A DNA stretch of 64,000 bases from a virus. The notes beneath the pieces are model-generated. The model did not search any database and was not told the DNA's origin. It saw nothing but the letters and a program-made list of their open reading frames with translations. The position numbers were made by a program, and so were the translations under genes. The stretch is from positions 115,903 to 179,902 of IMG/VR virus record IMGVR_UViG_3300025584_000449. One strand, 5' to 3'. This document shows positions 57,290 to 64,000 of this stretch, one piece after another (positions within the stretch are counted from its first letter, which is position 1; each line of letters begins with the position of its first letter).

Positions 57290-58927
57290 ATGGCAAGCAC
57301 ATATTATGGTCGTTTAACAAATACTTACGGGGGCTCTATAGTAGGAGCCCTCGTAAAAGCATTTGAAGAAGAGAACAATCTTCTTCTTTGTACTACAACC
57401 ACTGATGTACACGGAGACTACACATTAACTAATCTAATACCTTCTGATATATCTGCTGAAGCTATTAGAGTTATAGTTAAATTTTATGGTAGCGACACTA
57501 CTGGATTTAATTATAACACTGGATTAAGATTTCCCCTATACGATATTGCCTTGACCCTGCCCGTAGATCAGGATCTTTACTCTGTACTTGGAAACAAAAT
57601 AGATTTCCAAGTTACTGAAACAGAGTTAGATTCTGATCTAGCTTTTCATAACCCTTCCTTTGCACAAGTAGATCTAACTAATATAGATGTAACTTCTGGT
57701 AATATAAAGAACTTAGAGTTCTATTATAGAGCTACACCTAGTGGGTATAGTACAGATTTCGAGTCAGACTCATCTTGGACATCTCTAGGTATAACAACAG
57801 TTGATTATAACGAAGACACAATTAATGAGACTGTGCAAGTAGTATACGCAAATATTCCAGTAACTTTGTATGAGAATACTTATTATGATTTTAAAGTGAA
57901 AGCTTTAAATCAAAAAGGTAACTTATCTACATTCGAAACTCCTATAGCCTATAGCTCAATACCAGGAACTGTGGTAGTAATAAGTGGTGTAGCAACATTT
58001 ACTACCTCTGATCAAGTAACTTATCCAAATGCTTTTGAAAATATGACAGCTGATGGATACTATTTCGATTTATACGCTGGAACTACTTTAATTTGCTCTA
58101 GGCCTGTGGCAAAATCAGATAATAATAGTATAACCTTTAATGCTGTAGATAATGGTGAAAGTATTGCGTTTACATCAATTAATTCCCTTGCGGGAGACAC
58201 CTCTCATACGTATATTTATGATATAGGGGCTAACATAGTTGGGCAACCATTTAACGGTATAGCTGATTTTGCTGAGATACCTATGGCATTCCAAACAGAA
58301 GTGTTTTTAGAGGATACTTACTATAGTAATGCCAGTCCAACTGTGATAGACGAATACGTAGTTCCAGGAACAACTGTTAAATTAAGATGGTTAAATATGT
58401 ATAGGCTAGATAATACGCACTTAGACACACACTCGTTTATTAACTGGCCACATGTTGATGGAAATGCTAGAGACTTATCAGATAATTTACTAACTAAAGT
58501 AGATACATATAAAATATTTATGTTTGTTAGTGATAGTGGATCAGCTCCTACAAATCATACGTATTCTGCTATAAATAGTAACTTTACTAATAGTACATTT
58601 CCTGCTCCAGCCGCTATAAAGAGTGGAGAAGATGAGGGGGCATCGGGGGATGGTACTAACTCTACAGGTCAATGGTATTTAATAGATGAGATAGCAGCTC
58701 CTAAATTAGTTTGGGATGGAGTAGATGAGAATAAATATATTTATGCAGATATTAATGTTCCAGGGGGAGAAGAAGTTGCTTTCTGGGTAGGATTCTCTTC
58801 TCAATACACAGGAACTAGGACTGAAGAAGTTAACTCTCAAGGCGTTCCTAAAGGAGGGGCAGGGTCCAGGAGAGGAGATAGACCACAAGGTGGTACAGAT
58901 CCCTTCGCTCAAGAAGAAGGCCCGTAA
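57290..58927 (+). CDS. Virion protein with prealbumin-like and FN3-like beta-sandwich domains
   Basis: GALVKAF...TTTTDVHGDYTL; YYDFKVKALNQKG (FN3-like). Confidence 0.5.
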   Translation: MASTYYGRLTNTYGGSIVGALVKAFEEENNLLLCTTTTDVHGDYTLTNLIPSDISAEAIRVIVKFYGSDTTGFNYNTGLRFPLYDIALTLPVDQDLYSVLGNKIDFQVTETELDSDLAFHNPSFAQVDLTNIDVTSGNIKNLEFYYRATPSGYSTDFESDSSWTSLGITTVDYNEDTINETVQVVYANIPVTLYENTYYDFKVKALNQKGNLSTFETPIAYSSIPGTVVVISGVATFTTSDQVTYPNAFENMTADGYYFDLYAGTTLICSRPVAKSDNNSITFNAVDNGESIAFTSINSLAGDTSHTYIYDIGANIVGQPFNGIADFAEIPMAFQTEVFLEDTYYSNASPTVIDEYVVPGTTVKLRWLNMYRLDNTHLDTHSFINWPHVDGNARDLSDNLLTKVDTYKIFMFVSDSGSAPTNHTYSAINSNFTNSTFPAPAAIKSGEDEGASGDGTNSTGQWYLIDEIAAPKLVWDGVDENKYIYADINVPGGEEVAFWVGFSSQYTGTRTEEVNSQGVPKGGAGSRRGDRPQGGTDPFAQEEGP

Positions 58928-59382
58928 TGCCTTTCGAATATAAAGTTACTTATGTTTTTAAATATAAAGGTAGGTTTATTAAAAACATAAAATATTTCCC
59001 TACTCTAACTGCTGCTAAGACGTTTTTAAAAGACAAATCAACGGTAACTACTACATCTACTAGTAGAAAAGAAAGAATAAAAGTATTATGGAAGGACGAA
59101 CCAATGGCTGATGCTGATACCATTAAAGGTGTTCCTGTAAATGATGATGATATAGGAACAGGAAAGGTCTTGATATATGATGGCGCAGAGTTAGTCTATG
59201 CTATAATTACTACTGAAAACATTGAAGCCTTAGCTGCAGACAGAGCCGTTATTACAAATGCTTCTGGTATAATGGAAGCATCCACTATTACCACTGATGA
59301 AATTTTTACATTAAGTGGTATAGCTTCTAATATACAAGATCAATTTTATGATTCTGAATCAGAACTATGGTTTTTAACATGA
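58927..59382 (+). CDS. Short tail fibre-like protein; an internal start at 59104 is likely
   Basis: LAADRAVITNASG...STITTDEIFTLSGIASNIQDQF fibre repeat; GGAAGGA Shine-Dalgarno before ATG 59104. Confidence 0.5.
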   Translation: MPFEYKVTYVFKYKGRFIKNIKYFPTLTAAKTFLKDKSTVTTTSTSRKERIKVLWKDEPMADADTIKGVPVNDDDIGTGKVLIYDGAELVYAIITTENIEALAADRAVITNASGIMEASTITTDEIFTLSGIASNIQDQFYDSESELWFLT

Positions 59383-60197
59383 GTTTAAATAACGGATACA
59401 TAGGAGTAGATAAACGAATAGAAAGAACAGGCGTTCTTTCGTTAGACAAGCATTACCTAGAAAGTTTAGATAGAACTATAGAGACTATATCTACAAGTGG
59501 TCTAGTAGTTTGGCTTGACGCAGATGATTTAGCTTTAGGTACTCTTACTACATGGCCGGATAAAAGTGGACAAGGAAATGATTTTGAACAGACTAATGCA
59601 TCTTATAAACCAGTGGTGGCCTCAGGAATTTGTAATGGGCATAATGGTGTTACATTTACTAGTGATTGGTTAACTTGTATAAATGATGTTGAGATACTTC
59701 CACACTTTAGTTTATTTATGGTGATGAAAATAAATAATGCAATAGACTCAAGAGCTACTAGAATATCTTTTACAGAGAACGGCGGCTCTTATGGTTATTG
59801 GGTTGAACATTATTATACTAAAGCTGATTCTAACCAAGGAAAAGGATTGTTAAGACCATCTGGGTCTAACTATTTAAAAATAGCATTAGTTACTAGCTAT
59901 GAAGCAGATTACCATATTGCTGAAATGCATGTCCATGATGGAACACATGTCCAATCGGCCTCTATATTTATGAATGGTAATTGGATAAATGGTGAGTATA
60001 TGCCAGCTGCTCCAGAGGCACACATGACTCCAGGAAAACCTAGAATAGGATATAGAAATTCTGGTGAAACTGGCGGTTACTTAGATGGAGATATTTGTGA
60101 GGTTATTATATATAATAGATATATTTATAATACTCCAGAATTCTTAGATGTTAGAAATTATCTAGCGAATAAATACGCTATTACTTTAGAAGGATAA
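59367..60197 (+). CDS. Concanavalin A/LamG-like lectin-domain virion protein
   Basis: GLVVWLDAD, WPDKSGQGND, GDICEVIIYNR, YLANKY. Confidence 0.75.
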   Translation: MVFNMSLNNGYIGVDKRIERTGVLSLDKHYLESLDRTIETISTSGLVVWLDADDLALGTLTTWPDKSGQGNDFEQTNASYKPVVASGICNGHNGVTFTSDWLTCINDVEILPHFSLFMVMKINNAIDSRATRISFTENGGSYGYWVEHYYTKADSNQGKGLLRPSGSNYLKIALVTSYEADYHIAEMHVHDGTHVQSASIFMNGNWINGEYMPAAPEAHMTPGKPRIGYRNSGETGGYLDGDICEVIIYNRYIYNTPEFLDVRNYLANKYAITLEG

Positions 60198-60198
60198 A

Positions 60199-60528
60199 AT
60201 GGCAAACACATATAAAAATGCACAGTTGAATTTAACTACTACTAGCAGAACAACATTATATACATGTCCTGCTGCTACTACAGGGTTGGTAAATACGCTA
60301 CATATATCTAATGTAGATGGCACTGATGATTTCTCTATAGACGTTGAAGTATACGATTCATCAGCAGCTACTTATTATTATATTTTATATCAAGGAGTTG
60401 TTCCTCCTGGAGCAGCCTTGAATGCTTTAGATAAGCCTATTGTTTTAGAGGCTAGCGATAGTATACACATGACAGCTAGTGCCGTTAGTGGTCTACACAC
60501 TATAGGGTCAATAATGGAGATTACTTAA
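60199..60528 (+). CDS. Small conserved phage virion protein
   Basis: MANTYKNA...LYTCPA...ISNVDG...IVLEASD...SIMEIT pattern common in environmental phage tail modules, as recalled. Confidence 0.55.
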   Translation: MANTYKNAQLNLTTTSRTTLYTCPAATTGLVNTLHISNVDGTDDFSIDVEVYDSSAATYYYILYQGVVPPGAALNALDKPIVLEASDSIHMTASAVSGLHTIGSIMEIT

Positions 60529-61401
60529 ATGGAAAACGGGTATATTCCTTTACTAACTATAGCGCTGGAAACAGATATTCTTGAGACAGCAGAACAAATG
60601 TTTAGTGATATTATTTGGGCTGACTCAATGGCATATGAGGACTTTACTATAGCCTCTGGACTGTCATTTAATGTTCCAAAATATTTTGCTATACGCCCAG
60701 GTATTGGTCTAGAGGTTAAAGAAATAACTGATAGCGAAGATCCTGCATTATCTGGAATATCTCAATTAATTATAAACTCTAGCAGTTTTGAAGATCTAAG
60801 TCCAACCGATTCTGAACTACTAGAGACAGAAAGTTTTCCTGGTAATGAAATTTCTACAGCCCCTTCAGTTAGCGGAACATATACAGGAACTTACCCAAAA
60901 GATTATAAAGTAATGATAGAAACTGGGAGTGCTGGAGATTATACGTTAGCTACGTATTCTGTCTATGAAGTTCCATTTTTAAGCACTCCAATTACTAGCG
61001 GATTAAGTGTGGACGAGTGGGAAAATATAATACCATTAGCTTCCGGAATAGGAGATGTACAGATCAAATGGGAAGAAAATCCAGGAGATTTTGAGCCTGG
61101 AGACGCATGGATGATAGGCGCAAGAACAGGAAATATACACAACTTTATAGTTGAAACAAATCTAACTGGAGATGGTGCTGATAATGTTACAGTAGATATA
61201 AGTTTAGATGGTGGTTCTAACTATCTAGAGGATATAACATTAAGCAATCAATATTCAGAAGAAGATCCAAATTACGGATGGGCACATACTGGAAATGATT
61301 TAAAATGGAGAATCAACATTCCAGGCGAAGATCAAGTATTTATAAAATACTTTTTCGTATTTACTGGTGACTTTGACGCAGTAACTTATTGGGAGTCTTA
61401 A
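60529..61401 (+). CDS. Acidic virion structural protein
   Basis: 290 aa, beta-rich and acidic, within the tail operon. Confidence 0.5.
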   Translation: MENGYIPLLTIALETDILETAEQMFSDIIWADSMAYEDFTIASGLSFNVPKYFAIRPGIGLEVKEITDSEDPALSGISQLIINSSSFEDLSPTDSELLETESFPGNEISTAPSVSGTYTGTYPKDYKVMIETGSAGDYTLATYSVYEVPFLSTPITSGLSVDEWENIIPLASGIGDVQIKWEENPGDFEPGDAWMIGARTGNIHNFIVETNLTGDGADNVTVDISLDGGSNYLEDITLSNQYSEEDPNYGWAHTGNDLKWRINIPGEDQVFIKYFFVFTGDFDAVTYWES

Positions 61402-61406
61402 TATAA

Positions 61407-64000
61407 ATGCCAATTATTAGACGAGATGATGATAACCGCAAAGTATTTAAAAAGATTGCTGTATCAGAAGACTTAGAAGATTATATCGGCCAAGCTGGTG
61501 ATGGCTCTCCCGGACCTCCTGGAGCAGCTGGTGCTACTGGTATTGATGGAGTTCCTGGACCTGACGGATCTCCTGGTTTTGGCGCGTCATTAATTTCGAA
61601 TCCTAGTTTTGAAAACTTTGATTCTGGAACATTGGCTCCTGATGATTGGAGTGATGACGGAGGAACAGTAGATTTTACTTCTACTGATACTGCATATCTC
61701 GACGGCGATTACTCATTATTAATACAGCCTGTTGCTACAGGTTCAGAATATTTATTTTCTAAAGCTTTCAGAGTGCAGCCATCTTCAGAATATATAATAA
61801 CATTCTTTGGTATGCAGACATCAGATGCTGGTGCCGTATTATTATATATAAATAGTTCTGATAGTTACCCAGCTGGAGGATACGTAACTCCTGCAGAAAC
61901 TATTACTCAAGTAGCTCCTATAGTGTCTGGAGTTGTTGGCACATATAACTATGGTAATATATTAAATAAAACTTCCGTTACACCAGATAATGCTGACTGG
62001 GGTTGGTACACAGCAAAGTTTACCACAGATGCTACTAATATTTCATGGATAAGTTTATGCTTCTTAATAGCTGGATACCCTGCTAGCGCAAAAGTGTGGA
62101 TGGACGATGTAGACTGTCGTAGAAAATTAAATAATGATGACTTAATAACAGACATTGATTTAACATTTCCAAACATTAATAATAGTTTAGACGCATTGGA
62201 TGCTGATGTTCTAGGACTAAATACAAATTTTGGTATTTTAGAAAGCAATGTTATAACAATTAGCGGAAGCGTTGATGAGTTAAACAGTGGTTTTACTAAT
62301 TTAGAAGGAAATATCGCTACGATCAGTGGAAGCGTTGACGGACTGACCAGCAGCTTCAACGACCTAGAAGGAAACGTAGCCACGATCAGTGGAAGCGTTG
62401 ACGGACTGACCAGTAGTTTCAACGACCTAGAAGGAAACGTCGCAACGATCAGCGGAAGCGTTGACGGACTGACCAGTAGCTTCAACGACCTTGAAGGAAA
62501 CGTCGCAACGATCAGTGGAAGCGTTGACGGGCTGACTAGCAACTTCAACGACCTTGAAGGAAACGTCGCAACGATCAGTGGAAGCGTTGACGGGCTGACT
62601 AGTAACTTCAACGACCTAGAAGGAAACGTAGCCACGATCAGTGGAAGCGTTGATGGATTGACCAGCAGCTTCAACGACCTTGAAGGAAACGTAGCCACGA
62701 TCAGCGGAAGCGTTGACGGGCTGACTAGCAACTTCAATGACCTAGAAGGAAACGTAGCCACGATCAGTGGAAGCGTTGACGGGCTGACTAGTAACTTCAA
62801 CGACCTAGAAGGAAACGTAGCCACGATCAGTGGAAGCGTTGACGGGCTGACTAGTAACTTCAACGACCTAGAAGGAAACGTAGCCACGATCAGTGGAAGC
62901 GTTGACGGGTTGACTAGCAACTTCAATGACCTAGAAGGAAACGTCGCAACGATCAGCGGAAGCGTTGACGGACTGACCAGTAGCTTCAACGACCTAGAAG
63001 GAAACGTCGCAACGATCAGCGGAAGCGTTGACGGACTGACCAGTAGCTTCAACGACCTTGAAGGAAACGTTGCCACAATCAGTGGAAGCGTTGACGGATT
63101 AACTAGTAGCTTCAACGACCTAGAAGGAAACGTCGCAACGATCAGCGGGAGCGTTGACGGACTGACCAGTAGCTTCAACGACCTAGAAGGAAACGTCGCA
63201 ACGATCAGCGGAAGCGTTGACGGACTGACCAGTAGCTTCAACGACCTAGAAGGAAACGTCGCAACGATCAGCGGAAGCGTTGACGGGCTGACTAGCAACT
63301 TCAACGACCTTGAAGGAAACGTCGCAACGATCAGCGGAAGCGTTGACGGGCTGACTAGCAACTTCAACGACCTTGAAGGAAACGTCGCAACGATCAGCGG
63401 AAGCGTTGACGGGTTAACTAGTAACTTCAACGATCTTGAAGGAAACATTGTAACAATAAGTGGAAGCATCGACGGACTGAATAGTAACTTTAATAACTTA
63501 GAAGAAAGCTTAATAACAATAAGCGGCAGTGTCGATGGGTTAACAAGTGAAGTATTTGAGTTAAATGAAGCTGTAAGTGGATTAAGTGGGTTTGATGTAG
63601 CAGACGTTTTATCAGATATAGATGATCTTCAAGAAGGTCATAATAATTTATCTACTAGAATAAATAGTACAGATACTAATATTGCGACGATCAGTGGGAA
63701 TGTTGACGGACTAACTGAAAGCTTCAACGATCTTGAAGGAAACGTCGCAACGATCAGTGGAAATGTTGACGGGCTAGCTGGCAGCTTCAACGATCTTGAA
63801 GGAAACGTTGCCACAATCAGTGGAAGCGTTGACGGACTGACCAGTAGCTTCAACGACTTAGAAGGAAACGTTGCCACGATAAGTGGAAGCGTTGACGGAC
63901 TGACCAGTAGCTTCAACGACTTAGAAGGAAACGTTGCCACGATAAGTGGAAGCGTTGACGGACTGACCAGTAGCTTCAACGACCTTGAAGGAAACGTTGC
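61407..64000 (+). CDS. Tail fibre with collagen, carbohydrate-binding-like and coiled-coil repeat segments; at least 864 aa, runs off the window and is not in the ORF track
   Basis: Frame read without a stop from ATG 61407: MPIIRRDDD..., (GXY)8 at 61503-61574, LISNPSFE...VWMDDV domain, then EGNVATISGSVDGLTSSFNDL repeats. Confidence 0.88.
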   Translation, partial: MPIIRRDDDNRKVFKKIAVSEDLEDYIGQAGDGSPGPPGAAGATGIDGVPGPDGSPGFGASLISNPSFENFDSGTLAPDDWSDDGGTVDFTSTDTAYLDGDYSLLIQPVATGSEYLFSKAFRVQPSSEYIITFFGMQTSDAGAVLLYINSSDSYPAGGYVTPAETITQVAPIVSGVVGTYNYGNILNKTSVTPDNADWGWYTAKFTTDATNISWISLCFLIAGYPASAKVWMDDVDCRRKLNNDDLITDIDLTFPNINNSLDALDADVLGLNTNFGILESNVITISGSVDELNSGFTNLEGNIATISGSVDGLTSSFNDLEGNVATISGSVDGLTSSFNDLEGNVATISGSVDGLTSSFNDLEGNVATISGSVDGLTSNFNDLEGNVATISGSVDGLTSNFNDLEGNVATISGSVDGLTSSFNDLEGNVATISGSVDGLTSNFNDLEGNVATISGSVDGLTSNFNDLEGNVATISGSVDGLTSNFNDLEGNVATISGSVDGLTSNFNDLEGNVATISGSVDGLTSSFNDLEGNVATISGSVDGLTSSFNDLEGNVATISGSVDGLTSSFNDLEGNVATISGSVDGLTSSFNDLEGNVATISGSVDGLTSSFNDLEGNVATISGSVDGLTSNFNDLEGNVATISGSVDGLTSNFNDLEGNVATISGSVDGLTSNFNDLEGNIVTISGSIDGLNSNFNNLEESLITISGSVDGLTSEVFELNEAVSGLSGFDVADVLSDIDDLQEGHNNLSTRINSTDTNIATISGNVDGLTESFNDLEGNVATISGNVDGLAGSFNDLEGNVATISGSVDGLTSSFNDLEGNVATISGSVDGLTSSFNDLEGNVATISGSVDGLTSSFNDLEGNV
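62304..63500 (+). repeat. 63-bp coding tandem repeat, array 1 (19 units)
   Basis: GAAGGAAA unit starts every 63 nt from 62304 to 63438. Each unit encodes 21 aa, or three heptads. Confidence 0.95.
63735..64000 (+). repeat. 63-bp coding tandem repeat, array 2 (at least 4 full units, truncated by the window end)
   Basis: Unit starts at 63735, 63798, 63861, 63924 and 63987. Confidence 0.92.

Noticed and set aside
58870-58878. RGD motif in the GC-rich C-terminal tail of the 545-aa virion protein
   Set aside because: A single tripeptide in a low-complexity tail is expected by chance, and there is no reason to infer integrin binding.
50162-61401. Diversity-generating retroelement or invertible tail-fibre cassette
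   Set aside because: No reverse transcriptase, recombinase, template/variable repeat pair or inverted repeats were noticed. Long-range repeats were only checked by eye.
61949-63979. Minus-strand ORFs of 506 aa and 113 aa with LPLIVATFPSRSLKLLVSPST repeats
   Set aside because: They are antisense shadows of the plus-strand 63-bp coding repeat. The plus frame has a start, domain structure and operon context.
62304-64000. 63-bp direct repeats as a possible CRISPR array
   Set aside because: The units are contiguous with no unique spacers, are a multiple of three and encode protein. No cas genes are present.
1-64000. Stop-codon reassignment as seen in some large phages
   Set aside because: Coding density is high under the standard code, TAG and TGA end genes at sensible places, and both apparent gene breaks involve TAA.
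1-64000. tRNA or other structured RNA genes
   Set aside because: Intergenic gaps are short and explained by promoters and terminators, and no cloverleaf was recognised. tRNAscan-SE would be the decisive check.

Overview
This is a 64-kb segment of a large, AT-rich dsDNA bacteriophage, probably with a contractile tail. It has two divergent arms. The minus-strand arm (about 520-31704) carries replication, recombination and nucleotide-metabolism genes: a family A DNA polymerase split by a 542-nt group I intron with an HNH endonuclease, an RpoD-like sigma factor, class II RNR, dUTPase, RecU, a Sak4/SSB/exonuclease module, a primase-helicase and an SF2 helicase. It also carries a degenerate CCA-adding enzyme, an IMPDH/GMPR and a peptide deformylase. 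Two accessory blocks stand out in this arm. One is a tightly coupled four-gene ubiquitin-like cassette: a 792-aa unknown protein, a 74-aa protein ending in GG, a JAMM isopeptidase and a ThiF/E1 enzyme. The other is an 8.6-kb, 11-gene glycosyltransferase/methyltransferase cluster. The plus-strand arm (31849 to the window end) is the tail and baseplate module: a tail chaperone with a -1 slippery site, tape measure, baseplate proteins (one with a GH32-like propeller), a second sigma factor, several fibres, and a final unannotated fibre gene with collagen, carbohydrate-binding-like and 63-bp tandem-repeat coiled-coil segments. No tRNA, rRNA or CRISPR array was seen. All family assignments come from motif recognition by eye; no database search was run.
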